Below are positions 1-11,693 of a stretch of 64,000 nt of DNA, in pieces. Position 1 is the first letter of the stretch. Every line of letters starts with the position of its first letter. The notes beneath the pieces were generated by a model. It did not search any database and was not told the DNA's origin. It worked only from the letters and a program-made list of their open reading frames with translations. Where the stretch lies: assembly GCA_002269645.1 (NCBI GenBank), contig NIVC01001013.1:315946-379945 (forward strand), in the 5' to 3' direction. The position numbers and the translations under genes were made by a program. Source of the stretch: Macrostomum lignano (Eukaryota).

Positions 1-2
1 TG

Positions 3-728
3 ACTTCAGCTTGTCTAGAGGAAAACTGGCTAAAAACCATTCGCCACCTACCCTATAGCCCTGACTTGGCTCCGTGCAACTTCTGGGCCTTCTCAAAACT
101 GACTGAGAGGCTGGCTAGGTGCCAATTTCAAAGACTGCAAGACCTGGCATGCGCTATCAATTCAGAGTTAAGGGTATTCACTGAATTAGAATACTGCGGC
201 ACCTTTGATTTGTGGCTACAAGGCATCAGAAGTGCATAGAGCATGGTGGATAAAGGTTGGACAGGATTGAAATCTTCGGGCAGGTTCGGGATTGGGAATA
301 ATTTTTTTCTCAGGATTGGGGTTTGGGAATCGGGATCAGGTCTTTTAGTGTATTGTCCATGTAAAGTTAAACAAAATTGAGAAAAGATTGTCAAGATCAA
401 GAAGTAAAACACAATGAAATTGATATGAAGTTTTGTAACCAACAAAGTAAATAATGTAACGAGTACAAGTTAAAGCAAAATACCTTTAAGTAATCACTAA
501 TTCTATAAATTATTAATTGAAAGACCTGTTCCCGAATCTCGAGTTTTTTATGGTCGGGATTCTGGTCCTGCGAGAATTCAATTTTCCTTGGGATCCCGAG
601 ATTTCAGGATTGGGATCCCATCTGACCTCTAATGGTGGATACTACATAAAAGGACTATAAACCCTTACTTTAAGAATAATGAGCTTGCAATAGATTTTAG
701 TACCCTATTGCCAAAACTATACCCCTTG
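3..728 (+). mobile_element. Mariner (Tc1/mariner) transposon remnant: transposase C-terminus plus right end, decayed and interrupted
   Basis: Frame 3 from nt 3 reads TSACLEENWLKTIRHLPYSPDLAPCNFWAFSKL, the mariner YSPDLAPxD motif with D changed to N. After a frameshift it reads RHQKCIEHGG/YYIKGL* once the 251-631 insertion is removed. It ends CCCCTTG-TA, resembling the (TA)CGAGGG mariner terminus. Confidence 0.85.
251..631. mobile_element. hAT-type non-autonomous element (MITE) inserted into the mariner transposase
   Basis: 8-bp direct repeat ATGGTGGA at 243-250 and 632-639. Termini TAAAGGTTGGACAGGAT and revcomp TAGAGGTCAGATGGGAT match at 12/17. Removing it restores the mariner reading frame. 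Confidence 0.8.
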
Positions 729-960
729 TATACTCTTTCAAAAATGAAGAACCAATTATGTGGTTACTAGTACCAATACCTAAACAAGTTCTTCAATAAG
801 ATAAGACTTGCAATCTTATCTGGCTTATAATTTATTATGGAATTGAATAAGTATTAATAAATTTTAATACTTAAATTTTTAAAATTAAATTTTTAAAAGG
901 TCAGATAGGATCTTGATCTCAATCCTAAAGTCTTAGGGTCTTAGATTCCCCATAGGTTTA

Positions 961-1089
961 GGATCTTAACTCTAAAAAGGGCCCTATTGGCCCTATTATA
1001 ATATATTAGTATAATTATATAATTATATAAATATACTATATTAATATAATAATATAGGGCCAATAGGGCCTTTTTTAGGGTTAAGATCC
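961..1089. repeat. 36-bp inverted repeat with an AT-rich spacer (hairpin/MITE-like)
   Basis: GGATCTTAACTCTAAAAAGGGCCCTATTGGCCCTAT (961-996) versus the reverse complement of 1054-1089, with 2 mismatches. Confidence 0.75.
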
Positions 1090-4068
1090 TTAACCTAAAT
1101 CCTAATATATATTATAATGTATATAATACATGTATATATAGCACAAATTAGTTTATTTTTAGCCACTCTTTTACACACTTCCAAAAATTTGACTTCCAAA
1201 TCAAAGTTCACTCTTAAAAAATCCAAATTTTGGAACATCTCTAAGCATTATACAAGATATTACAAGTGTATAAGCCCATTCTACAAAGGTATTAGTCCCT
1301 CTTCCATGTTTTATATTTATTTGCTAGAGCAGCAGCCAGCAGGAAAGGGCAGCGTGCATAGGCTGTGCGCATTGCACTTTAGAAAAATTTTGAAAGCATG
1401 TTGGATGTTGTCTGCAGCTTTAACTTTTTCCTATAAGGAAAAAGGGAAATAGGAATAGGTCTTTTGATTCAAAATTTGTAGAATTAATGATTATTTCAGA
1501 TTTAAATATATTTTATATTTACTTATATTTGATATCATCTAGGAAATTATTATTTGCTTGGTACTATGTAAATATTGACAGTTTTATTTATATACTAAAA
1601 TAAATATCTTACCTTATTATAAATAGTTATCTTATTATGGACTACTCAATATTTGTCCCTGTATCTTTTATTTTCATAATGAATTTCAACTAACTAAAAG
1701 CAAAGCTGGTAAATAGTTTAGATATGATATATAGTATAGTATAGGCTTAGCATTTTTTATTACCTTATACCATTGGCATTAATACTGCAAAGTACAAAGG
1801 TTTTTTTTAAAATGAATGAGATTAGGCTTATAACTTATTCACTTTTAAAAAGATAGATTTATAGTCAAATATAACATGGTACTAAACTATAGGTATAGCT
1901 AAAGGTACGGGTGCTGGTAGACTCATCAACTTTTTATTCATCAACTGCCGTCAACTGTAGTAAATTTGTCAACTAGTAAATTTGTCTACTGGTAAAATTT
2001 ATCAATTGCATGTTGTTTCATTCATGATTTGTGATTACATTTGTGATTACATGATTCACTAAACAACTATTCAATTAAGTAAGCTCCAATTTGTGCCAAT
2101 GATCTGAGTACCCACAAAGTCCACTATTAAAAAGTGCAGATTTAAGTTTTTATACTTGAATATTATACTCAAATATATTCAATTTCAATTTTTGATTATT
2201 GAAATTTCAATTTTTGATTAATTAGGTTTTGTACATTATACATTTCACAAAGGTGAATCAAAAAAGCATAAAAAACCCAGCAAAAAGCATAGCATTTCTA
2301 TAAGAAAAATTTAGATTAACAAATCTATAACAAATTGTAAATAGTAAATGAAAATATTGGGCAACAAAACAAGTCAAAGGCAACGAAGTTTATTGGCAAT
2401 ATTGGCAACAAAGCTAAACAAATGCTATAAAAATCATAAAAGTAAAAGTAAATATATAGATAATTAATTTATAGTAGCTTTAGCTCAATTTCAATGGCAT
2501 ACTAGTTTTACAAATTATGTCGCTATACTTTTTTATACTAAACTTAAGTTGACGAATTTACCCAGGCTTACCTAGAATTAGAAATATAGTAAACTTGTCA
2601 ACACAGTTGACGAATAAAAAGTTAACAAATATACCCAGATCTAAAGAGGTACTACACAGTGTATAAAACTAATATATTTTTGTTACCATGTAAATAACTA
2701 CACTACAATTTATATGGTACTATGCAAATAATGAGTATTAGTATTATCTATGCCTATCACCCTTATCACTATCACTAGCCTATTAGTACAATTGTCTGCT
2801 GATATTTTTAGTATTATACTATAGGCCTATTGTATATTTCTTGTCTACAATATGGACCTATGAACTAGGCCTATAGTAGGCTAAAAGACCTGATTTTGAT
2901 TCCCAAAGCTACTAGGGCCTAATATAATTGGGCCACTGGTCATCATATTTTACATTTTAAAGCACTAGCCTTAGGAAGCTAGAAGTAGAGACTCTTGTCT
3001 TGTGACATTTTGAAAGTTTTCTATTTAATTTAAAAATCTTTTTGCCTGAGTAAAAATAGGCCTACACCTCAATTTTGAAAGTTAGGCCTAGTCAAGTAAT
3101 AACTAAGTTACAAAATCAAGCTCTGTCGATAGCTTAGCTTAGATTCGATTAGCTTAGCTAAGCTTCGATTAGCTTAGCCACGGATATTTGGATGGGCTAG
3201 GCCTACGGCTCTTTGATGAGTGCTGAGAAATCGCCTGAGCTGGTATGGCTAATGGCTGAGAGCTATTCGAGCTACCTATGACAGACAAGTAGTAGGCCTA
3301 TGATGACTGGCTGATTCGTAAAACTAGGTCCATGACACCATATCATAGCATAGCATATTGTAATCGTAAAAATATTTATTAGTGCTAATAATCCGTTATT
3401 GGATATATTGGTGTTAATAATCCGTATCTTTAAAAATGATATTAAGAAGCTATTTGCACATTCGAAATGAGCATCGCAGCTGCTATGGTGCTACCGGCCA
3501 GCGGGCGGCAAGTACTACCGGGATGCGGTTGCGGCGGGCGGCGCCGGGATTCATTTCTTAGTTTAGAGTAGTAAGAGAATTTGGCTCAGGCAATTAGCCT
3601 GTTTGGCCAATATATTATAGAGCTATGTATTTGGAAAAGTTTTCGAAATAGAAGTTTATAAAGACGATTTGCCGCGAGTTAGTAGTAGTAAGAGTTAGAG
3701 TTATTGTAAAAGATAAAGTATTTGAAAGCGCGCCAGAATTTTTACGGTATTTTTGGACGAAAAGTGACGACTAACAACTAACAACGAGTATAAATATTAA
3801 TACAAAAATGAGTACAAATTACGAGGTATAGCTTTAATTGCGAGATTACTTTGGTAAGCGAGTTTGTAAAAAAAGATGTAGTATATTTGAAAGCGCGTGA
3901 TATTTCAAAGCGTGAAAAAACGAACATAAACAATACTTCGGAAGAACTTTACGTTTAACGAATAACGACGATTTAAATAGGGAATTAAAAAAGACAGTAA
4001 ATGAATAAACAACTGAAAAGCGGATTTGTTACACTGCTAATGTATCTGATTCAGTTTGTTTAACTGTT

Positions 4069-7000
4069 TTAGCTATTCATGACTTCATATATTTTAGCTA
4101 CACCAGTGAGTTCTTTTCTGACTCTTTTTTCATTTGTAGCATATCCTATCTTGTGTATTTGATTGCTATTTAAGAGGTATTGACAGAAGTATTTTTTCCT
4201 GATCTCTTCAGTTTGTGGACATTCGGTCAAGTAGTGTAGAATGTCAGAACCATTTCGCGCTCCACACAATTTACATGGTTCTTGAGAAAAAAAGTTGGGT
4301 GTAATCTCGCATTTCAGTTTTAGGAGGGTTGTTAAGAATTTTTTGTTTCTAAATGTACATGGGAAGTAATCTGAAAGGTCGGGCCTGCAGATTTTTTTGT
4401 AGAGATAGGCGTTTTTGTAGAGTTTAATATGTTGCTGATTCTCTAGCTTTTGGCTAAGTTCTCTTTCTCTGTGTATCTTGAGGTGCTTTTTCACTAGGTA
4501 TTTCTCGCTATTAAAGCTTTGGGAAAGTTTATCTTCAGTTAGTGCTTTTAGGTCTATACTTTCTAGTTTCTTTAGTACATTCATTTTCCATGGATTTTTT
4601 TGGCCGGTGCTTGAGTAGAAAATTTCTAGAGTCGTTTGGCAGAGTTTTTTGTGTCTAATCTTCAGCCAGTAGATGAGGTAGGTTTTAGCGATTCGTTGAG
4701 AGATTGGAGTAAGCTCAAGTTCTGATGATATCACACTGTTGCTAGCAAATTTTGGTAGATTGAGGAGATATTTGTAGAATTTCAGCTGAATATTATCAAT
4801 AGCTTTTGTATCAGACATGGTAGCCAGAGGGCCCCAGAGCTCACAACCGTAAGTGATAACGGGGGTAACAAGCGCGTCAAATAGTCTGCGAATGAGTGTG
4901 ATGTCTAGGGACGTATTCTTTACCCTATGGAGTAGGGAAAACATGGCTGTATATCCCTGCTTAGTTTGGTGTTCAATACATTTTTTAAAGCTGTTTTTTG
5001 GTTCAAAAATAATTCCCAGGTATTTAAATTCATTTACTTCTTCTATTTCTTGGTTGTCGTAGTATATTTTTGTAGCAATGCTATCTGTGTCGTTTTTTTG
5101 TCTGGTATTGCCCTGCATAAACTTTGTTTTGCTTGCGTTTACTTTCAAGTAATTTTGTTTGCAGTAATTTTCCATAGTCGTAAATGTGTCTTGAAGTTCG
5201 TCTTTGTTTTTAGCTAGAATGGCTTGATCGTCTGCAAAGAGTAGGATGAGTGGGAAAGCAGATCTCGTAAGAGAGCGCCTAGCGCTAGAGAGTTCCAGAT
5301 ATTCAACAATGTCGTCAATATATAGTTCAAAAAGAATGGTAGAGAGAGGGTTGCCTTGAAGAACACCTTTAGATATTGGGATTGGCTGGGTTTCATCATC
5401 ATCATCATCTTTTTTTAGAATGAAGCAGGCATTTTTATGCATGTTCTTGATAAGTTCCATCATTTGACCTTTAATACCCTGATTATCCGTTTTGCACCAA
5501 AGGGTCGGTTGATTTAAGCTATCGAAGGCTTTTTCATAGTCAACAAATCCAATAAAGAGTTCTTCTTTGTTGTAGATGGATTGGTTTATAATGTTGTAAA
5601 GATTAAAACATTGGTCGATTGTGCTGTGATTGGGCTTGAAACCGTATTGGTATTTTGATATAAGATTGTTTGTGTATGCTAGGTTTTCGAGTCTGGATTT
5701 AATAATTTGGCAAAACAGCTTGCCAAGAATTGGTTGAATGCAGATTCCTCTGTAATTGTTGGGGTCGGCACTGCTGCCTTTGTTTTTATAAATCGGATGA
5801 AGTGTATTTGTTATCCAACTAGTTGGGAAGGTTCCTTGTTTGAGTGCTTCGTTGAAAAGTGAGCATAGGAGGTCAGCAAGTTCGTTCTCGAGGTATTTGA
5901 GTGTTTCTACATATACTTTATCGTGCCCAGGTGCTTTGTCGGTTTTGAGCTTTTTGATATGTTTTATAATTTCTTCTTTGGTGAATGGGGCATTGAAATC
6001 CTCTAAATCAGCCAGGATAGGGTTGTCAAGGTGAAGATCGTATGATAGTCTAATGCTGCTGTCTTGTTCAGTTACAAGATTTTGAAAGTGTATGACAAAT
6101 TTTTCATCAATTGTTACTCTGTTGTTTGAGGGATTTGGTGTTTTTAATAAGTTCCAAAGTTGTTTTGTATCGTTTTGAATAAAGGCCTGGTTGATCATGT
6201 TGTCTGCACAGAGAGTTGTTTCAAATTTCCATGAAGTGAGCTTTTTTTCGTATGCTTTTTTGAGTTGTACTTTGCTTGAGAGGTTGTTGGGAGTAGGGAA
6301 GGTTTTATATCTTCTGCAGGCATGTCTAGCAGCGTTTTTTAAGTCTTTAAGGAAGCGAGGCAGAGTTGAGCATAGTGGGTTCTTTATCTCTACTGTGATG
6401 TTGTTTTGAATTTGTCTAACTTTTCTACTTAATTCATTTATAAAAGCTGGGTTTTGTATGTCTAGATTTGTGATTTTGTCATGCATGTTTTTCAGGTCAT
6501 TTGCGAAGTTATTGATATGTTTTTCTTGTTGCAGGTTGGGTTTATGTGACTTTTTTAGGACTCTGTATCTCGTTTTCGAGTTATTGGTTGCTTGTTTAGT
6601 TTCTGTGATTTCCTCTGTGAATTCACTTGATAAGGAGAGCACTATTTGGTTGTGGTCGCTAAAGTAGGTGTGGTTCTTTACTTTAAAGTCTTCGAGGTGT
6701 TGGAGTAAGCTGGTAGAGACGAAACAGAGATCTATAACAGAGGAACCAGATTTTGAGAGAAAGGTGAATTCACCATTTGTGTCTGATAGTGATCTACCAT
6801 TGATTAGATGCAGGTTGTATGAGTCAGTAATCTGGTTAAGTAGTCTACCATTTTTGCAGTTTTTCTTGTCTTGGCTTTGTCTAGTAAGTGAGATGTTTTT
6901 TGCTCTGGTGGTATATATTGAATTTAAATCTATGTATGAGGTATTGTTTATATGAGCATTGAAGTCTCCAATAAGGAAGATGTTTTCTTCGGAGTGATAA

Positions 7001-7203
7001 GCATCAAGGAGAATTGTTAGCTGTTCCCAATTTTCTTCTTCATAATATTTTGAAGACAGTGGGGGTATATAGGAGTTTATTAAGGTGAATGTTTTGTTTT
7101 TATCCTTTTTGTGTTTAAAATTTAGCGTCAAGAAGTTTTTATAATGTTTGAATGATTCTGTAACATTGTATTGTGTATCTAGTGACTTTTTGTAAGCTGT
7201 CAA
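4069..7203 (-). mobile_element. Non-LTR retrotransposon (LINE) ORF2: APE endonuclease + reverse transcriptase + C-terminal CCHC finger; RTE-X/L1-like
   Basis: 1044-aa ORF with GDFNAH, DLCFVS and SDH (endonuclease), preceded in frame by GRASGG. RT motifs APGHDK, YRGICI, QYGFK, FVDYEKAFDS, KGVLQGNPLS, LLFADD and YLGI. C-terminal CKLC-x8-HYLTEC. An in-frame stop lies just upstream, so the endonuclease N-terminus is damaged. Confidence 0.95.
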
Positions 7204-8190
7204 TAATCCACCAGAAGCTCTGCCAACGAATTTACAGCCTTATGAAGAAACATCTGCGCAAAAGTTTTGAAGAAAAAGAATGCTACATAATAACAAAGTT
7301 GCTATAATTAATAACCTACTAAAGGAACCTATAACCTAAATATATAACTGAAAGCTAGGTTTTAGCAGAGAAGTTACGCATTAGAAGCTGGCATGACGGT
7401 TCCTAGATTTAAACTTTGCGGTGCGGTCACATAACTCGGGGCTCAAGCTAAGGCTAGCAGAGGTTGGTTTTGACTTTTGAAGAGGTATCACTGCAAGGTC
7501 ATGGGTTCTAAAATTTACTCCTAAAGCAGCCTGGCAGGCGCGGATCCAGAGTTTATTTCTGAAGGCCAGTCTACGGTGAAATTAAGCTCTTTGTAATTAA
7601 TCAGTAATCAGTATTGCATGCATCAGAAAAAGAATCGTCATATAATGACAGAAATATGCACAAGTAACATATGCAGTGTAAATTTAGCTATTTTTTGGCC
7701 CGGGTGACGGGTGAGGGGGCATACATAAGGGGTTTCCGAATTTTGAATACCAGCGGCCGTTTTAGCAAGTAGACTGCAGCGCCTGACTGCGGAAGCGACG
7801 ACTTTTTACTGCTGCCAGACATTTTACGCCGTCGATTTACATGTGAACTTACATGTACAAATATACATGAAAGTTAGGGATAGGATTAGGGTTGGCAGTC
7901 AATTTATGGCATTTAAATGTTCGGCAGTCTAATTGCTGTTCGGCAGTCTAACCGGGTATTCTGTTGTTTAGTGATGGCGAGAAAGCGAGAGATTTTTTTA
8001 CATATCTAAATGTCCATATCATACTGCCTCCGCGTTATGTTTCAATCCATGTGTGCAATTTTGGATAGAAAGTTATTGCCTCTCCCATCTACAAAGGAGA
8101 TCGATCGATCGATTGCGGCAGATCACGGCGACGTAAAAGTAGCGATCCTAGCTATACGTATGAGGAGTCCAGATGTAGCTCGGATGCATT

Positions 8191-8428
8191 TATGAGGGAC
8201 ATTCAAAAAGTTCGTGGCCTCATGCACTTATGCCCAAGCTTCAGCTTTAGGACCATAGAAGCATACATCCTCGGCCCTCGCCCGCCTCATTCGAGCGGCA
8301 GCATGCAGATTCTCTCTTTTTTCTTACTTGGAAGCAAATTCTCTATCATGCTCTTGCACAGCATTCTCTCTATAGCATAGCTCGAGCAAAAGTGCATGAG
8401 GCCATGGACTTTTTGAATGTCCCTCGTA
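8191..8428. mobile_element. Tc1/mariner-family MITE (~235 bp) with ~50-bp TIRs and TA ends
   Basis: Left TATGAGGGACATTCAAAAAGTTCGTGGCCTCATGCACTTATGCCCAAGCT versus revcomp right TACGAGGGACATTCAAAAAGTCCATGGCCTCATGCACTTTTGCTCGAGCT, 44/50 identical. Confidence 0.85.
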
Positions 8429-8954
8429 TAAACTTGATCCAAGTAGCTATAAATCACAGAAGTTACACAGAAATTTCTGTGCTACATGTATAAATGGCGG
8501 TTTTTGAGCGTATTTTTAACTGCAGTGTCAGGTGAACACGTCAGGTGACCCTGTTATGATATGAGAGCCACTACGCAATCTCTTGGTTGGGTTTGAGACT
8601 TTCATTCGTCCCACTGCACAATGCAAACTGTAAAGACCTTTTTCAGCTGTCTAGAGACTTCTGCTGGCTCATTGCTGGTTGCGCTCACAAGATCAATACT
8701 TAATATATGCGAGCTACTCAACTCGAGGATTAACAGACGTACAGTCGTACATTGACATGTATAAGCTCTGAGGGTGTATAGACGGTTGCTTTTATTGAAC
8801 GATTGCAGCATTCGCCAGTTGTCTAAAAGGAAACTACAATAGCAGTATACGAGCGTATATCGCGGTTGTAGTGAAACGTCTTTCAAAACGTGAAATCAAG
8901 AGGATAGATTTAAGCTACTACTCAGCAGAAGATTATTTATAAGTATCAGTCGGC

Positions 8955-11693
8955 ATGCATCATCTGCAGTGGTTATTGATCCTACTAGTATGCATCGGAG
9001 CCGCTAGCGCAGCGTCAACCGACTGCGCCAACTCTGATCATGCGTGGCGCGTCATCTGGAAAGCATCTGGCAACCAGCTTCAGCTTAATTTGGCTCCGCC
9101 TCTGCTAAAGAAGCAAAACTCGACAGCCGGCCGCCTGATGCCGAAGCGCCTGTTGCTGAAACGCCATTCGTCCTCAGTATCCACGGTAGGGAAGAGCGGC
9201 AAGGTGAGAACCGACCGGTACAAACTGAATTCCAGTAGTTCAATTCAAGCTACGGCAACTGTTGTGCACCCGAAATTCGGCGGTCCCGACCTACTGGCAG
9301 GTCTGGTTCGAATGAACTCGAACGGTAGCCGTCACAGCGTCATCTCGCTGGCTATTCACGGAGCTGCCGGGCGTGGCTTCGCCTGCCAGCTGAATTCAAG
9401 CAGCAAGTCTGCCAAAGAAGTCACCTTGACATCGTCAGGAGGGAGTGACGCTTCAGGCAGCGGCGGAGCAGCCGTGCTGGAGCTTCGCCTGGATCTGGAC
9501 CCGTCGGTGTGGCGTCATTTCTCTTCATCGCCAGACGGTGCACAAGCGGCCGCCACCAGCTACTTCGGTGCCGTATTTGGCATAGTCAACCGGGCTTTGG
9601 CAGCTGTCGGCATCCAGATCCGCTGGGTGCTGGGCCGCTCGAGGGCCTACGCCAGCCTGAAGGCGCCTGGAATTGCCTATTTGAGACAGTTCGGACAGCG
9701 AGTCCCAGCTCTGCAGCTGCTGCTCAGCATGGAGGCTCTGGCCGACTGGCAAAAGGACGATAGGGGCGGCTACGATCACCACATGCTGATTACCCGGGAC
9801 CGGAGCCTCCTGCCGCCGGCCAGCTTGGGCCCGAAGCCCAAGGGGGCCCGCCTGATCGGCCTGTCCTATGTGGCTTCAGCCTGCCAGCCGAACTCTCGGT
9901 CAGTGATCACCGACCTGTATCCGGCCGCCACTGCCAGGCTCATTGCTCACGAGCTTGGTCACGTGCTTGGTGAGTGCCTTGCAAAAAATCCACATACTTC
10001 ACGATGTTGTAACGCAGAAAGTGTCAGGAGAGTCAGCAAGAGTGACAGAGATGCTGATACAGAAAGTGTCAGGAGAGTCAGCAGGAGTGACAGAGATGCT
10101 GATACAGAATGTGTCAGGAGAGACAGAGATGCTGATACAGAAAGTGTCAGGAGAGACAGAGATGCTGATACAGAAAGTGTCAGGAGAGACAGAGATGCTG
10201 ATACAGAAAGTGTCAGAAGAGTCAATAGAGACAGAGATGCTGATACAGAAAGTGTCAGAAGAGTCAATAGAGACAGAGATGCCGATACAGAAAGTGTCAG
10301 GAGAGTCAGTAGGAGAGACAGAGATGCTGATACAGAAAGTGTCAGGAGAGTCAATAGAGACAGAGATGCCGATACAGAAAGTGTCAGGAGAGTCAATAGA
10401 GACAGAGATGCCGATACAGAAAGTGTCAGGAGAGTCAGTAGGAGAGACAGAGATGCCGATACAGAAAGTGTCAGGAGAGTCAATAGAGACAGAGATGCTG
10501 ATACAGAAAGTGTCAGGAGAGTCAGCAGGAGAGACAGAGATGCTGATACAGAAAGTGTCAGGAGAGACAGAGATGCTGATACAGAAAGTGTCAGGAGAGA
10601 CAGAGATGCTGATACAGAATGTGTCAGGAGAGTCAATAGAGACAGAGATGCTGATACAGAAAGTGTCAGAAGAGTCAATAGAGACAGAGATGCCGATACA
10701 GAAAGTGTCAGGAGAGTCAATAGAGACAGAGATGCTGATACAGAAAGTGTCAGGAGAGTCAGCAGGAGAGACAGAGATGCTGATACAGAAAGTGTCAGGA
10801 GAGACAGAGATGCTGATACAGAAAGTGTCAGGAGAGACAGAGATGCTGATACAGAAAGTGTCAGGAGAGACAGAGATGCTGATACAGAAAGTGTCAGGAG
10901 AGTCAGCAGGAGAGACAGAGATGCTGATACAGAAAGTGTCAGGAGAGTCAAGAGAGTCAGAGATGCTGATACAGAAAGTGTCAGGAGAGTCAGCAGGAGA
11001 GACAGAGATGCTGATACAGAAAGTGTCAGGAGAGTCAAGAGAGTCAGAGATGCTGATACAGAAAGTGTCAGGAGAGTCAGCAGGAGAGACAGAGATGCTG
11101 ATACAGAAAGTGTCAGGAGAGTCAAGAGAGACAGAGATGCAAGGAAGCTCGGGGATTTTCCACAAAATTCCGCTTGCTATCTTCCAGGAGCCACAGACTC
11201 GCCGCCAAACAGCAGCAGGGAGGCGAACTACCTGATGGAGAGCGATCAGTCACGTCCCGCCCACCTGTCTCGCCTGTCGCGCCTATTCACATATTCGGCA
11301 GCTTCGCGGAGTCAAATTAAAAAGTTCTTATCCAGCTCGAGAGCCGGATGTCTGCGCAAGCTTAGCAACCCAGCCAGTCAGCTCTGGGTGCCGGAGGGTC
11401 CTGCTGGCTCAGCCGAGGACCAGTGCCGCCACATGCGCCAGCTGGCGTTCGCGGGGCCAACCGCCCACGCCAAGATTCTGTCGCCGCCAAAAACAACCCG
11501 GTACCTCTGCCGGCCTGTGCGGTGCAGCAACGGCAGCCACTCGGCCAGGCTGCTGCTGATGCCCGGCACTCTGTGCATTCCGCGCAATAAGAAAAGCCGT
11601 TGCCAGATGAACATGATCTGCTCCGGGGGGAACAGGGAAATAGTGGAACAGGGAAACAGGGAAACAGGGGGAACAGGGGGAACAGGCAAATAG
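8955..11693 (+). CDS. Secreted ADAMTS/reprolysin (M12B)-like metalloprotease; exons 8955-9969 and 11188-11693
   Basis: Signal peptide MHHLQWLLILLVCIGAASA. YDHHMLITR, IGLSYVASAC, AHELGHVL|GATD, Met-turn NYLMES, then YSAASRSQIKKFL..GCL and an ADAMTS-type Cys-rich region (AEDQC, LCRPVRC, PGTLC). Donor G|GTGAGT at 9970 and acceptor CTTCCAG| at 11187. Confidence 0.85.
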   Translation: MHHLQWLLILLVCIGAASAASTDCANSDHAWRVIWKASGNQLQLNLAPPLLKKQNSTAGRLMPKRLLLKRHSSSVSTVGKSGKVRTDRYKLNSSSSIQATATVVHPKFGGPDLLAGLVRMNSNGSRHSVISLAIHGAAGRGFACQLNSSSKSAKEVTLTSSGGSDASGSGGAAVLELRLDLDPSVWRHFSSSPDGAQAAATSYFGAVFGIVNRALAAVGIQIRWVLGRSRAYASLKAPGIAYLRQFGQRVPALQLLLSMEALADWQKDDRGGYDHHMLITRDRSLLPPASLGPKPKGARLIGLSYVASACQPNSRSVITDLYPAATARLIAHELGHVLGECLAKNPHTSRCCNAESVRRVSKSDRDADTESVRRVSRSDRDADTECVRRDRDADTESVRRDRDADTESVRRDRDADTESVRRVNRDRDADTESVRRVNRDRDADTESVRRVSRRDRDADTESVRRVNRDRDADTESVRRVNRDRDADTESVRRVSRRDRDADTESVRRVNRDRDADTESVRRVSRRDRDADTESVRRDRDADTESVRRDRDADTECVRRVNRDRDADTESVRRVNRDRDADTESVRRVNRDRDADTESVRRVSRRDRDADTESVRRDRDADTESVRRDRDADTESVRRDRDADTESVRRVSRRDRDADTESVRRVKRVRDADTESVRRVSRRDRDADTESVRRVKRVRDADTESVRRVSRRDRDADTESVRRVKRDRDARKLGDFPQNSACYLPGATDSPPNSSREANYLMESDQSRPAHLSRLSRLFTYSAASRSQIKKFLSSSRAGCLRKLSNPASQLWVPEGPAGSAEDQCRHMRQLAFAGPTAHAKILSPPKTTRYLCRPVRCSNGSHSARLLLMPGTLCIPRNKKSRCQMNMICSGGNREIVEQGNRETGGTGGTGK
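10015..11140. repeat. Intronic modular tandem repeat with 33/42/45-bp units (AGAGACAGAGATGCTGATACAGAAAGTGTCAGG +/- AGAGTCAAT or AGAGTCAGCAGG)
   Basis: Direct reading; it fills the 1218-bp intron of the metalloprotease. Confidence 0.95.

Noticed and set aside
1915-2637. Degenerate inverted-repeat element with TCGTCAACT-like ends
   Set aside because: It is too decayed to fix boundaries or a TSD by eye.
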